Shown one piece after another: positions 12,605 through 27,326 of a DNA stretch of 64,000 bases. The position numbers were made by a program, and so were the translations under genes. Position 1 is the first letter of the stretch. Each line of letters begins with the position of its first letter. Source of the stretch: Isurus oxyrinchus (Eukaryota); the NCBI GenBank assembly GCA_026770705.1, contig JANJGN010000041.1, positions 5,704,001 through 5,768,000 on the forward strand. Direction: 5' to 3'. Below the pieces are notes generated by a model that was not told where the DNA came from, made no database searches, and saw only the letters and a list, made by a program, of their open reading frames with translations.

Positions 12605-15600
12605 TAAAAACATAGACAATGGGAGCAATTGTATTCCTTTTGGCCCTTCGACCCTGCCGCGTCATCCATATGGTTCACAGCTCCTCCTCCAAAATAACGC
12701 CGTTACCCAGTTCTCTCCTCATAAGGTTTGACATCTTTAGAGTCTAGAAATCTCCTTTATAGTCTAGAAAACTGTCCACCATATTGTTAAATATATCAAG
12801 TCCGTTGGCACCTGCAGACTTCTTTGGTCGATAAACCCTTACATTCAGCACGCTCTAGGTGGTTAACTTTCTCCTCACCTCAGTCCGAAATGGCTTATGC
12901 CATATCCTGACACAATGATACCTTGTTCCAGGTCGCGCAGCTAGAGGGAACATCATCCCTGCAACAAGTCTCTAAATTGCTGCCGAATTTAATAGCTTTC
13001 AATCGGATGCCCCTTCAATCATCCTGGAAATGCTGGCCGAGACACCACAATCTCTCATTATAGGACAATGTTGCAATCACATAATAAATCAGTCAGGTAA
13101 CGATTTACTGCACTCCCTCTTTGTCAATGTTCCCTTTCTTTGGGAAGTTGATGGAAGCACAAAAAATTAATGTGTGGCCTAACGAAGGCCCTCTAGAGAT
13201 ACAGTAAGTCATCTTTGCTCCTGCACTCAATTCTGGCAGTAATGAAGTCCAGAATGCCATTTGCCTTACTAATTGCTTGCTGAGCTCTGTACACCAACAT
13301 TTCCCCGTCTATCACCATTTGAATAATACTATTACATTCAGGCTTTTTACTACCAAACTGGAATATGTCACACTTACCCAAAAAAACACCGCATCTGTCA
13401 TATCTTCGTCCACTCGGTCAACTTTCCTAAATTGCCTTGAAGCGTCTTTAAATCATCCTCACCCCTTGCATTCCCTAGTATTTTGTTGTCAGCAAACTTC
13501 GAACTATTGCATTTTATTCCTTCATAAAAATCATTGATGTATAATGTGATCAGCTTGGGCTCAGTCCATTATACATCCGGTACCACTCTTGGCAATCCCT
13601 GCCACTACGGAAAAGAGAACATTTATATCTAATCTCTGATTTTGGTCATCAAACTATTTCAAACCATGCCAATCTATTGCCTCCGATCAAATGTGCTTTT
13701 ATTTTGCACACAGACCTCCTTTGTGGCACTTTTCCAGAAACTGTCTGAAAGCCCAAATGCACCACATCAATTGTTCTCCCTGATATTTCTAAATGTTAGG
13801 TATTTTAAAAATTCCCATTAGGTTTGTCAAAACCAATTTCCCTTCCATAAATCCATGATAGCCTCGCCTAACAATGATGATATATTCAAGTGACCTATTA
13901 GCAATCGAACATTTTCCCTTCATTGGTGGTGGCCTGTATGTAATTTTCTATTTTATTCTTCCCTTATTGTTTTGAACATTGTGACGTTACATTTGCCACT
14001 TTACAATTTCCGGGACTGTTACAGAATCTACAAAATTTCAGTGGATGACCACTAACGCAATCTATAATTCCATGGCCATTCAGTTTGCACCCTGCTTTGT
14101 AAATTTTCACTTCCTTGGGATTTATCGGCCGTCAGTCCAACTGATTTTTCCAGTGCTGTATTTTTTTAAAATTTTTCCCCAGTGCTGATTTCCTTAAAAT
14201 TATAGTTCTCGCTGGTTCCTTTTATTTTTCAGGCATCTCTGAGAAATTACTTGTGTTTACTCCTCAAAGTAAGTAAATAAAATAGTTGCTAAAATACACT
14301 GCATTGCCCTGTTTTCACGTATAAATTCTTCATTTTCAAACTGTAACGGTCGAACATTTGTCTTCACTAATATTCTTTTCATTTTCCATGCTTGTAGAAG
14401 ATTTTACACTCCACTATTACGTTTTTTGCAAGTTTGCAATCATGCTCCTTGCCCTCTAAACCATCGCGTGATCACCCTTCGATAACTTCAAAGCAGCTCC
14501 CAAATTGCTACTTTTGCTAAGAAATTAAACCGACTCTTCATTGGATCTACCACTGTCCTTATATATTTTTGTTAGCTGTTTTTGGGATGCTTTTACTTTT
14601 TTTTTCTTATGAAGCCATGAAGGTGAATATAATTGCAACAATGCACAGATTTGGTCCATGAATATTAAAACTTGCCTGAACAGCATGTATTTTAATGAAG
14701 TTCCCAACTCACTGTCTCATATCTTCATAGCTTACTTTGATTGAATGTATGAATATAGTCTTGTATTGGACAATTATTCTTTTCATCCGAATGAAAAATT
14801 CTACCTCACTTTGGTCACCATTCTCTTAAGGACCATGCACGACACGATTATTAACTTTCTCCTTCTCATGGCACGATATTAATCTAGGATAAACTGCACC
14901 CTAGTTGGATCCCCGATGTAGTTGTCTAATAAATAATTTTGCACACACTCGACAATTAATTCGCCGCAGTGTCATTTCTGATTGAGTTTGTCCATCAATC
15001 ATCCATGATTACTGCAGCATGTGTGTTGCATGCATCTCTGCATTTCAGTTTAAAGCCTTTCGTTGCTATACTACTACATTTTGGCCAGCTTTGGACAAAT
15101 CAATAAATAGTTCCGCCCGTGTCTCTTCTTCGCTACAGAAAGACTAAATCTACCTCAGGATTTTCTAAGCCAATATCATTTCTCACAGATGTACTGATTT
15201 AATTCTTATCTTGCAGCCTCGCCGCACCTCTTCTTCACTTTTTCCCTGCCCACTCAAAATATCGAAAACCCTTGTATAATCAATTTCCAGCCTTGGAAGC
15301 CGTGCAGCCCTGTCTCAATGATCAGAAACATTTTGTGCACGTTGACACATATTTGCACTTTGAATTTATGTAGCTTATTTTTTGTGCTCCATGCATTCAG
15401 GTACAATGCCTTTAGAACTGTTTTTCTCTAATACTTTTACAGTATGTAATTCCATTTTGGCCCTATTTGCTGCTAGCCCTATGTTCATTAACTTTCCACT
15501 TTTGTTTTCTAGTATACTTTCATTTCTTTCTTTGTTCGTTCTATTCCCTCTAAGAGGTTATGTGACGTTGGAATTCTCTGCCTCAGAACGCATTCCAGAT

Positions 15601-15950
15601 TCGCAACAGAAGTTCTTCATCCCTGGATCATTGTCGTCGATTTATTATCACCTTCCCTTTTGCCTTCACATACTTCCTCCAGAACGTTGGCCTGAACAGG
15701 AAAGAATACTCCAGTTCAAGACGAGCCAAATTTTTATCCAGTCCCATCAATGCTTTTACATTGGATGCTCCTCAAATCCTCTGTAACATCTGCAACATGC
15801 AGGTCAAGGCTATATTGTAATCTCCGCAAGAAGTTTGACACCACAAATAACATTGCATTCTTATTGATGGAAGCCCCTCCAACAGCTATAGCAATCGCTC
15901 GCTCCATTATCGAGGCACATGGCTTTCCATCTGTCCTATCTAGAGGATGT
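12605..15950 (-). mobile_element. Long, near full-length decayed CR1 LINE (ORF1 esterase-like region to 3' tail)
   Basis: 3' tail catagacaatgggagcaattgtattccttttggcccttcg at the left end. RT-like remnant in ORF 13193-13381 (QQAISKANGILDFITARIECRSKD). SGNH-like ORF1 remnant (RAIAIAVGGASI...HVADVTEDLRSI) near 15750-15900. Confidence 0.7.
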
Positions 15951-16759
15951 TCTGCAATGGGTTACTAAAATCTTGACGGAAAATTCCAAATGTACAACCT
16001 GCACGGCCAAGAAGAACAAGCACAGCATGTACATTGGAAGAATATACCAAACAGCAGCTCGAGGCAGGCATTTTGTCCGTAGAACCTGCTACACCAATCA
16101 ACTCATTTTCAACCTCAAATTGACCTCCACGCACCATCATCGTATCTCTCAATTAACATGGTACATGAAGAGGCAATAAATATATTCATTGTGTCTCTGC
16201 CAGAAATGTATCGCAGTTCTATCAACGTCAATAAATCGGTCTATCTCCCTTTCGAAATTCCCAGATACAGCAACTACCCGAGAAAGACCAATTACTGTGA
16301 AATATTGTGAATTTAAGACTTGGTGTGCATGTGCAACTGGGGGATTTTCAAAGTTCCAAACTTGTTTATGTTTGTCAAAGTCTCATTCTCATGTTGTGGA
16401 TGTTCAAATCCGATTTATTTTTTGTACAGGGTAAATAAGCATAATATTAAATTCTGTGGTCTCTTTATTAGCATAATGGCTTCAAAAATGTGACTGCATT
16501 ATTCACTGCAGGGCAATGTGGTTTTCATATGTCTTGATTAATTGATTTGTACTACGAAATCCAAAAAAGAAAATCAATCTAATTTATTCATAGGTTTTCG
16601 TTTCTCTCAAGGTGACAACCGCGTCGTTTACCAGTTCAATGTCACATCGGTTGTGTTGCTATGATCAACAGATTTCTCATGACTCACACAATGTTTGTCT
16701 GTATGAATAGCATTTCAAATAGAAGGATGAGGTTTTTTTTTCATTTTCCAAAAGAATGC

Positions 16760-17350
16760 GCTAGAGAAGTGGTGATGTTTTAGGACAATTGTACTGACAT
16801 TAGTTGCAGAGACCACACCTAAGGTAATGTGTATAGTTTAGATCTCCAACTTTAAGGATTTCATGAGAAAAATTTCAGAGAGCGTTAACTCTATGGATGC
16901 CTGGAAGTGGAGTTCATGGAGGGTGGTGGTGGTTGTGGCGTAATCTTATTTGATAGATTGGACAACCACTGCCCGTTGAAATTTGGAAAATCTGATGTTC
17001 CCTTATTGAAACAGTTAGGATCCTGAAGAATTTTACCTCCTGGATGTAAACAGTGTGTTTCCCTTGTGGGTGATGTTGGACCAAAGCGAACACATTTTTC
17101 TAGTTTTGGGTCTCCAGTTTAAAACAGAGTTGTGAAGGTCTTGATTTCACTCAGGTTGAACGGCTTTGGAACTCTCTTCTCCATAGAGTGGTAGGGACAA
17201 GCTGATGGAATATTTTTCAGGCAGGGGTATTTAGTTTCTTGACATCACCGATGTGACACGTTATCGGAGGTGGACGGAATGTGGAATTGAGGCCACAATC
17301 AGATGAGCCAAAACGTAATTTAAAGGTGAAGATGACTCGAGGAGCCGAAT
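16760..17350 (+). mobile_element. CR1 LINE 3' fragment
   Basis: agaccacacctaaggtaatgtgtatagttt...gtgtttcccttgtggg...ggaattgaggccacaatcagatgagcc matches the CR1 3' region. Confidence 0.65.
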
Positions 17351-17559
17351 TCTCTCGGCCTGCTCGGGATTTGTTTGTTTGTGTTTTTCCAATACCATAT
17401 GCAGCTGTGTCTCCCTTTGATTGATAGTCTCTGATCATTGCATTTAAAGTACCATTTCCTCATGGATGAATTCATTTGCCCTCGTTCCTACACCAGGTGC
17501 TCTTGTCTCAATATCCCCACCGGCCTCATGATTTTGAAAGCTATGTTCTTTCTCTTCCC

Positions 17560-17720
17560 CCAATTTCGATCACTCACTGGCACTCTTCCCAGATCCATCT
17601 CTCCCACCTCCCTCTAACAGCTTACTTTTCACGCCATTTCTATTCTTTTACTTCTGATGAAGAGCCATGCGGACTCAAAACGTTAACTCTGTCTTCCTTT
17701 CCACAGTTATTATTGTTCTT
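17560..17720 (+). mobile_element. Penelope-like element terminal fragment
   Basis: ttctgatgaagagccatgcggactcaaaacgttaactctgtc contains the ctgatgaag...aaacg motif typical of Penelope termini. Confidence 0.45.
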
Positions 17721-18221
17721 GTTTGATCACTCACTGGTTCGGATTCCAGCTTCTGCTTCCAAATCCATCCGAAAAGTGAAATTGCCAGCCGTGGCTGTCG
17801 GGCTTTTTCCCGTTTTCTAACACCAGCAATTGACACTTTTAATCCAAAGGAATAAACAACCTCCCCCTCCCACTGTCCCTTTGCATCCCAATATATAGTT
17901 TGGAGCAAAATTCCATTTGCATCGTTAGATCCGCGTTCACTTGATTCGTGCATTGAGAACAGCGCCCTCACTCAACACTTCCAGTGGATTGCGTGCAGTC
18001 ATTGTTTACTTCATTTTTGCGATTGCCCCGGGTTCTTGTTGATAATTGTATTTAGATACATTTTTGTGACTGAATGTTTTGCTGAGGTCATTTATCAGTT
18101 TAGATATTTAATGCAACAAAGAGCTGGGGATTTTAGACAAGTTCGAGGCACACTGTTCCCTTGTCTCCATATCTGATGAATCACTTTTGGGTATTTTTTT
18201 TCCTGCTTTTGTCTAGTCCAG

Positions 18222-19450
18222 GTAAATTTCGGGAGCTTTTGTTCCTGAAGGGATGAAAGTTTTAAACATCAAAATATATTTTTGGCTACTTGGAGTGTTT
18301 GGCAGACACCAAATTCCTGGTCGTCATCACCGACCCCCTATTAAGAGGGATCTGTCAGGAGGAACTCCCAGTTTTATTTATGTACAACAGTCGGATGTGT
18401 AAGTGCACTGCGGTTCCTATATCTTCAATCAAAATCACCTCTTTCTGCTTCACAGTCGCCTTTACCTATGGTCCTTTAGAAGATTTTTTTTCAAGAAGCA
18501 CATGCATTTATTCATGCCATTTCCATGTCAATCTATCTAACTATTTATCTATCAATCTATCTATTTATCAATATATGTATGTGTATCCATCTATTCACCA
18601 ACACTCTTGCTTGTTCTCTAATTCGCTTAATCTATAACTCTCTCGTGCTCCCATTCTCTATCAGCCTCGCTCTCTGTGCCTCTCTCTCTCCTTCTAGCTT
18701 GCTATTTCTTTTTTTAATTAATCCATTCAATGTTAGACCTTCTATCTATCTAGCTATCTGTCCATCTATCAGCCTGTCTAACGATGTTGATGATCGGTTA
18801 TGACTATGCTATGACAGATGAGTGTCCAAGCAATAAAAAGTGTCAGCGTGGTACCTTGTATGCTTGCATAACCGATCGGAAAATTTACATACCAAACCTG
18901 TATTGGTGGGATAATTAAACTTTGACCGCGCGCGTTTTTCTTGAACGCTTATTTACCCTCTTCTCCTCAAATTTTGAAATCGTCGGTTGATTTCTCAATT
19001 TGGCTGTGCCCAGGGTTTGCTCTAATTTTCGCGTTTATATTTTTAAATGCGTGCTTTCGCTTGCTGGGGGTTTCGTTATTTTGCCCACAAAATATTGCTC
19101 ATTGGATTGCCAGAGGAATCCACGGACAGATCTGGGCAGGGTATCTGTTCTCTTTAGAAGCTTGAATGTCACAGACAAGCATCCCACATGAGCCCTGTTT
19201 GGATATACAATGGGCCCGGAAACAGAAAACGGTGGCCAAGAACTGCAGTTTCCCCATTACTTCCCCTGGCACTTCAGGCCTTTTGGTTTGCCTATATTTA
19301 CATTGATCTAAATTGATAAAAATTTAATTCTCAGCATCACTTTCTGGGACAATTGTTCACCGCCGTGACCATCCCGTATAGTATTCACCTGTTGCTCACG
19401 AATATACACCCACCAGAATTGTCTTGACAACAGAAATAATTCCTTTTTTT
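18222..19450 (+). pseudogene. GPR139-like class A GPCR pseudogene (main exon), interrupted by a microsatellite block
   Basis: Follows a pyrimidine tract and tccag. Translation: SKYIFGYLECLADTKFLVVITDPLLRGI...FTVAFTYGPLEDF (TM2-TM3, family pattern LVVITDPLL...TVAFTFDRFVAI), later FDRARFS*TLIYPLLLKF*NRRLI (TM5) and GPETENGG (family DPEMENRR). Several stops. Confidence 0.65.
18525..18790. repeat. (TCTA)n and CT-rich imperfect microsatellite block
   Basis: atctatctaactatttatctatcaatctatctatttatc is directly visible. Confidence 0.8.
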
Positions 19451-19794
19451 TGGCGTTTCATTTTGAAAATTTTTCTCTCATAAGGAGAGCGACTGACATA
19501 ACCAGTTTGTTGAATGACTGAAACTAATTTGTTTCTTTAGGGAATATGAATGCGGTAAAGCAAATTTTTCAGCTTTATAAATAGGAGTTTCTCTGAAAGA
19601 ATTATCTCCTGATTTCCAGCAGGCTCTGTATAGCTGCTTCAGCAGCAGTTTCTTAGCGCTTATCACAGTGAATAGAATTTGTTATGCTTCATCATTTGTT
19701 GAACATTTACAAAACTGTTCCAGAAGCTCTCATTGCACCATGTAAGTGGATTCACATATTCCCAGGCCAACAATATACACTGCTGATTTTGCTT

Positions 19795-20090
19795 TTAGTC
19801 ATGGGATGTGGGCAATGTTAGCTAAGCAAGCATTTATTGCCGTTCTGCAATTGTCCTTCAGCATTTGGTGGTGAGCTGTCCTTTCGTGCTGCTGCAGCCT
19901 GTGTGGTGTAGGCTAGGGCGGAAGTCTCGCACTTTGACACAGAGACAGCGAAGTAACAGCGATATATTTCCAATTCAGGACGATCAGTGGTTTGGAGGAC
20001 AACTTCCAGCTGGTTGCATTCCCAAATATCTGTTGCCCTATTCTTGCTAGATGCTAGCGCCTGTGGGTTTGGAATGTTAACAAAAGGACA
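19795..20090 (-). mobile_element. LINE 3' end
   Basis: catgggatgtgggcaatg...gcatttattgcc...ggtggtgagctgtcc is the same tail as at about 55105-55200. Confidence 0.6.
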
Positions 20091-20964
20091 TCATGAATGG
20101 AAAGGATGGCAGCTTTTCTTTGTTCCCTGTTCTGAATGCTGTGGTGCCAGCTCTAACCCGATGTAGTGTGTTTAACTAATGTGGTATCTCCTTCCGGCTC
20201 TCCGGTGATTTTACTGTGTTTTTTTTTTCTTTCTGAAATAAATTTAAAGGATACCGAGATCTGTATGTTTTAATTCACAGCTTCAAATATATGTTGTGTA
20301 TACATCTCAGCAGGAAAGTCTTCTTCGCATCAAGATGGCAAAAATGAGACTTTGCCAGATTGAAGACATTTACTATTCTATTCTCGCAGCTATTAACATA
20401 CCTGGTGAGAGCATAAACACTACCATTGGACATATAAATCGACGTTGACTTTGTTCTCAAATGGTGTTTCTGATAACGGGAAACCGTTTCTTTCCTGTTG
20501 GAGAGTGATCAAAGCTGGGATGCCAAGTTACTCCGAACTTCACCTGATTTCTGACTGCTGCTGCATCTTTCACACTTGAGTTTCCAGTGGTGCCATTTTA
20601 TGTATTCTTTGGGGAATGTTTTGTAACTGGGTGGACACTGCAATAAATGTTATAACCAAGTGCAAACTGAGCTTGAAGTTGTAGTTACCATAATCTGTGC
20701 AAATCAATGCAAGATTCACCTTGAAATAATTGAAAGTGTTTGCTAATGGTTTTCAACTGTTTTGCAATATTGCCAGCACGGAATCCCTGCCAAATCCATT
20801 ACTTTTGAAGAAGCAATATTTTTCCAGTTCAGTCTGCAGGGAGGATTTCTGGGCTTAAAGATAAAGCTGTGTGTGCTGAGGACAATCGAATATCTTCCTT
20901 ATTTCTATATATTGAAAGATATTCATTTCTGTAGCATCTTTTATCGACCACCTTAATGCATTTA

Positions 20965-21270
20965 GATGAAGTGCAGACACAGTAGTAACGCAGAAGTGCG
21001 ACAATCAATTTGTGCTCGGGAAGCTTCCACAAGCAGCACATTGAAAATGACCCGATGATCTTTGTTTGTGAGTTTTAGCACAGGTATTTATATCAGTCAG
21101 GGCACAGGTGATTAAGAACATGTTGTTGTTCGAAATGGTGGCATGCTTTTTTTTATTTATGGTTAATCTGTGAATCCATGTTACATTCGTTCTAAAAGTT
21201 GCTACTTTAGGCAGTCCATAACTATTTCATTACGGCAATAGAGCAATAGCTGAGAATTTTGTTCTCAAAT
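20965..21270 (-). mobile_element. Deu-domain SINE relic (SacSINE1/AmnSINE-like)
   Basis: caatttgtgctcgggaagcttccacaagcagcacattgaaaatgacccgatgatc...ttcgaaatggtggcatg resembles the reverse of the Deu domain as recalled. Confidence 0.55.
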
Positions 21271-21554
21271 ATTGACACCGGAGATAAATCGCTAACATTT
21301 ATCTCATCACAGAGATTGGTACTGAGACATATGTGGTCCAATTTTCAAACACCAGAGCAACCTGAGCACAAATCTCATTCTCATTTTGGTGACCAATTAA
21401 ATTTCTCACCAAAAACTTCCTTCTGCAGTAAACCACACTCCCAAATATAAGTGATTTACATTGAGAATTGAATTGGATTGATATTAAGAATTTTGGGACT
21501 TTCCTGTCCCTTTGGAAAGCTCGCATGGCAAATTACATTCAGGTGCTTATAAAG

Positions 21555-22050
21555 GAGCATAGGAACCTAAGAAATGTGAGTAGAAGTTTGCCATTCGGCC
21601 GCTCGATCTTGATCCATTACTGAAGTATATCATGGCTAGAATCATGTCTAAATCCATTTTATTGCAATATCTCATAGTTATGGAGGCATTTAATGTTTGC
21701 AGATTATGTCACTTGTGCCTTCAACATGCACAATGGCTGAACCACCACCGTGGCCCAAAGGAGACAATTTCGAACATTCATCACCCTCTGAGTGAATAAA
21801 TTCCTCCTCACCTCAGTCCTAAATATATATTTTTTTTTCTGATATTGTTTCTCGGGCTTTCAGGCACCCCCGACATGGGAAGCAACCAACCTGCATCTAC
21901 ACCATTGAACCTGTAAGAAAGTTCTGTGCTTCCGTGAGATCACTCCTTATTTACCAAAGATCCAAAGATCATGGGCTCAGTCTCGCCAATGTCTCCAAAA
22001 AGGTCAATCCCAGCTAATTCCCAATTATCCAAGGTCTAGTGAACTTTCCA
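21555..22050 (-). mobile_element. CR1 LINE 3' fragment
   Basis: cctaagaaatgtgagtagaagtttgccattcggccgctcg...ttcatcaccctctgagtgaataaattcctcctcacctcagtcctaaat. Confidence 0.65.
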
Positions 22051-22849
22051 TGTCACATTCCCTCACCTTTTAGCACACAACCAAACCCCACCCCTCCCCA
22101 AATACGTACCATGGCAATTTTACTTTTTTTTAAAATTTTGGATAGAAGACCAAAAGTGTTAATGATTTACCACTTGAGGTGAGGCTCATTAGTCACTCTG
22201 TTTGCTTTCAATTATTCAATTCCTTCACCAGTGACATTCCATCGTAATTTAGGAAGTATTGGGGCTTCCCGCTCACTGTTGTAGAACTAACATTTACACA
22301 CCCTCTTAGCCTGAATCAGCTTTAGTCTTCATGAAGAAACAGGTCAGAAAGTAACATTTTTAAAGCGTCACTGTGTGAATCAAAATTCATAACGAAGTTC
22401 AAAATCTCTAATTGCTTTCCAATGGCCTTGTAATTTCTCAATCCCCCACAATCAGTCTGTTGGGCACCATGGGTGACATGCCAATTAACTGTAACCGCCA
22501 TGTAAAAGTTGACCTCGAAAATAAGGCCAAACGTTAGAAATTATCTCATCTATTAACATTCAGATTCTGTGCATCATCAACTGCGCGTGCGTTAGGAGAA
22601 TGGTTAACAAACTGAGATTGCCGGGATTATTTCAGTGAGAACAACAACTCAAAAACTCAACACCAGAAGAATGAAGTTGGCTGGTTGATCGGTATCTCAA
22701 CCATCACCATAAATTTTCCACGTGATAATTGCAGTGTTGAGTATATGTCTGGCTTGTGATTACATATTCCGGTTTGTGCACAACTCTGCTGCAGCTGATC
22801 GTTCACAGCGCCTCGTGAATGCCCAATTTTGAGTTGTTGCACACGGTGA

Positions 22850-24200
22850 AATTTACCTCATTTAGCAGAATGTTTCTGCTGCACAACGCGATGCAGGGAA
22901 TCCCCAAGTGAAGGCGGATTTTGTCTGCTCAGGATATGGTCAATACTATCAATACTGCCAAGAGCATATCCACCTTTGCAGGTAATTGGGGCGAGTTCAA
23001 TTTTGTTTTTCCATCTTGTTAATTTCCTGACCACATGAAAAAGACCCAGTCTAGCAGTTTTCCTTATCACGCGGCCAGCTCGGCCTTTAGTGGTGCTAAA
23101 GAATCTCCCTTGACCATAGACACTGAAACCCCTACGTGGTGTAATTTTTTTACTGACATCCCAAAATATTCCTGCATTGATGATCACTCATTCATCGGCT
23201 GAGGCGAACGGTAGTGTTTAATCAGCAGTGGACATTCCTTGCTTAGGTTTACCTGATGCCACGAGATTTCATTGAATTTCCAGTTACTTTTAAGGCTATA
23301 TCAGATGCTTCACATTGAACATAAAAGTTTTTGCAAGAATGGCTTTTAAGAAAGCAACAAAAAATGAGCGATGGCTCGAAATGGAATTGAGAATTACGTT
23401 TTTAGATAAGGTTATTTTACTCAGAGGTTGGTTTGTGATTGAGATGAGCTTTGAAAGCAGTAAGAACTATTAATCTGCAAAAGATAAACTGCTTGAATCA
23501 TTAAGGTCGTGGAACTGCTGTCAATCAAGCAGGCTGCTTTGTCCTAGATTGGTTCAATATTCTTGAATGCATTTGGAGCAAACCTCCTCCAAACAAGTGT
23601 AGTATTTTCCAATCACTCACCTGATCTGAGCCTTGTCGAAGAGGGACAGGCTAAATGACAAGGACTGTTTGTTGGATAATTATTTACTGTCGATGATCAT
23701 TGCCTGTCACTGGTGTAAGACGAATATAACTTGTAGGTTTTCAGCAGAGGCCTGGGTGTTGCCCAGGTTCTGTTGGTTGCCCATATCCTCTGCATTATCC
23801 AGCCCATTCAGTCGTTTCTTCATATCACATGAAGAGAATCACATTGACTGTACACTGGCCCCTGTGATTTCCCCATCTTCAGGAGGGGCCAGAATGACTC
23901 ATCCACTCCTCACTTCAACCTGAATGTGGCTGCAAATTATTTAGCCAGTTTTTAGCACTGATGTGCTGAGCCCCACAATCATTGCCAATGAGGATATTGG
24001 TGATGTGCCTTCTGCAAGTGAGCTTTTGAAATATTCAACAACATTTAAGACAGCATGTGACAGGAATTCACGGCTGTTGTTTGATTATTTGTTTGTTGGA
24101 CCAATTGGCCCTTTCTGTTGTGTGCTGCTTCCGCATTATTGCAAGCAAGTAGACATGTCTTGAAGCTTCTTCAGGTTCAAGCCTCGTTATTTTCTGGGCT
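22850..24200 (-). mobile_element. APE-RT LINE fragments (two pieces)
   Basis: cggccagctcggcctttagtggtgct (endonuclease region) and gcactgatgtgctgagccccacaatcattg...gatattggtgatg (linker region) of the recurrent LINE family. Confidence 0.5.
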
Positions 24201-27200
24201 GGTGGCGCTCCAGACATATGCCGTATGTCGGCAAATATCCTTCTCCAGTATCCTCTAGCACTTGTCCTCGAACACCTGGAAGGTTAATAAAATAGGGACA
24301 CTATTAATTGCACAATCCTTTCCAAGTCACAAACCAAAATGATTAAGAATAATTCACCGTTAATTGAATGACACTGCATCAAAAACCTGGAACTCGCTCT
24401 TAGAGCACTGTGTGTCGACTTGCCTCAGTTCAACTGCAGCACTATAAAAAGATTTCCATCAAGAAGAAATAGAGAATAAGGAATTAGTACTAACCTTGTC
24501 AATATACTGCATAGAAATGAAGTGCCACACCATGCTAAATCTATGAATAATGCCTTCTTCTGCAGGGAAATAATGACCCCAGCTGCCTCATTTGCTCCGA
24601 ATAGATTAAGACTAACATAACATGCTTAAGTTATTTTAAGTCTGGTCGCGAATGATGATCATATATCTTCAAGTCACTGTTGAATATCCAAGTCTGAAAA
24701 CAAAAGGCTTGGCTGGAAATGTTGCCTGAAAAACCCCGCACCTAACACCTTTCAATGCCCCCTCCCCACCCGCAACCCCCGACCCCTACCGACTTTCTAT
24801 TCAGATCTTTAGACGCGTCCCCATCAAGTCAACGATTGCACTGCCGATTGGAAGCAGACCCAGTTTTGAATCTCTCATTGTCTCTTGCCCTGTAAGGTTG
24901 TTATGACTGGTCTGATCGGATCTGCCACAGCCAATCAATATTTGATGCTTGCTATCGATATTCAAAATTGTGAATGAGAGGTAGCTTATCAACTTACACG
25001 CTGATCCAGAAATGTAAACTGCGGTTTATCCTTATTTGACTAATTTTCTTAATGTTTTCAAAGTTTGTCTAAATCATTAATCAACAACTTGTTTAAATAA
25101 TCTGATTCAAGTTATTGATTCACCATCCTATCAACATACAAAGCCACATTGCATTGTTGTTTTCCTAATGCACCTATGCATCAGTCTGCACCATTTTGCA
25201 TAACCTTAAAATAAGTTAATACTTCAGTGAACTCTCAATTGTGAAAATGTGAATTTATCATTCCTAATCTATTCCTCTCGATTGTCACTGGAGATTTCAG
25301 TTGGAAAGTTGTTCTGAACCCTTACCTGATCCATGATAGCCTATCCCTCACAATTGCAACCAGGACTACACACCCAATTACAGCTCAGGATATGCATCTA
25401 GTCTAGTGTTATGTAACTGATTTTGAAATGCATATAAAGATCTGATAAACGTTTGAATTAAGAAATTACATTTCTGGCAGCATCAAATTTGTCCCGTCAG
25501 ATTCACTGAATATGTTTACCCCTCGAAATGCAAATGGATGTTAACTAAGTAAGCAACATAATTTATATGATGCAGCTGGGATTATCCAAGGATCAGAAAA
25601 AAATCGCTTCATTTATACTGATGAGTGAATTTAATCAGTAATTCACATAAATGTTTTAACTGTAAGCCTCTACATAATAATAAAGCATTGAATCAATTCT
25701 CCAACTCACTCAAAGGATTTTGCTTTTTGAAAGAAAATTAAATATGCATTTACCAAACAATTATAAAATGCACTGGCGTTCTGATTCCGCCATATCTACA
25801 GGAAATTAGATAAAAATATTTTTAATTTAAAAATGGATTTGTTAAGAGCTAATTTTATATCATCACGTAATCAACAAATATCAAACTGATTGTTCCAATC
25901 ATATTTTAGCTTTTACAAATTCTTTACCAACACAATTCGATGCGCAAATTGTGGTCAATTTCTCACTGGGTTTTCTACATTTGGTGTCCAACAGGAATCA
26001 CTATTTAGCTTTTCATGTCTAAACAGTTCAGAAGGATGCTGCGCTTGAGATGAAAATGATTCTTTTCTGCCCTTTCGGAAACAAAGTGTTTTGTTCTTCA
26101 CACAGTCAAACAATGGACCACTCTCCTGTGCCCTGAGTAGCAAAAAGCTGAGTTAAATCGCAGTTGAATAATATTTTTTGAATTGCTCATTCAACATATT
26201 TTGGTTATCGCTCTCATTCCCATTGCCCCTGCAGTTTAACATATCGATTCAATGTGCTTTAAAACTGGCCTGGCCAGAAAAAAGGTGATCATGCATAAAA
26301 CTGACTCTGCCTTCAAATTGCCAATAAATATTCTCAAATCAATATGGTCAGTCTGCATGACATTGTCACTTTATCAATTCGGACATTAAACTGACCCCTG
26401 TTCACCACTGACTATACCAAAATTCCCAGCCTGCATAGCAATGTTGCTTCAGTCCTACTTCAATGAAGAAGCGACACATTGATTCTCAACTTTACGTTGA
26501 CAATGCTCAGCCTGCCGATGAATATTCAACTACTCAACATGCAAGAAAACGCCAGCCTGGTCTGCCCTTAACCCCGAATTATCATTTACCCCACCAATCC
26601 GCATAAACATATTTCCTTCCTTGGGTTGTTGTTGAACTCCAACATGAGGGTGCCTGAGTAAGCATTCACTCAGCCTCGTCTATGTGGGACGTTTTTTTTG
26701 TAATCCAGTGACCATTATAACATTTCCTATTTATTACAATTCCACCTATACCATCCCAAGTTCCCAAGCGTGACCAGGGCTATGTTTTGCCTTCAGGTTG
26801 TCTCTCATGTTGCACAGTAAATGTTCTGACCACTTACTGAATCTATTGGACATCCGGCGCACATTCCACCACTACATCTTCCAGAGCATAACTTTACTTT
26901 GCTAAATCTTTATTTTGTGCCCCCATTTCACAGTCCACATTGCACCTTCGCATGCAAATTTGCTCTTTTCACCTCCTGTTTCCCAATTAAAATTTAACAA
27001 GACGAGGCTTTTTCAGTCCTTCAGTCAGTCCAGTAGACATTCTCCCTCAACGTGCTCAATCCTCATTGTCCAGACTTCACTGAGGGTGCTGCTCTCTAAG
27101 CACGAATAATCAATTAACGCTTCACATCCCTGGGCACTCTTACAAGGTTCAATGCATACTTAAAACTCGGTGCTTTTGGAAATCCTGCCAAACATGCTTG

Positions 27201-27326
27201 CGTAAAACACATTAAATGATGCACCAAGAAATTAAACTTGCACTGAATGCCATTTGCTGCAAATGGAAGAAAATAAATGTTCATCTTTGTTGATTATCTC
27301 ATGTTATGTCTATCTCTCTCTCACAG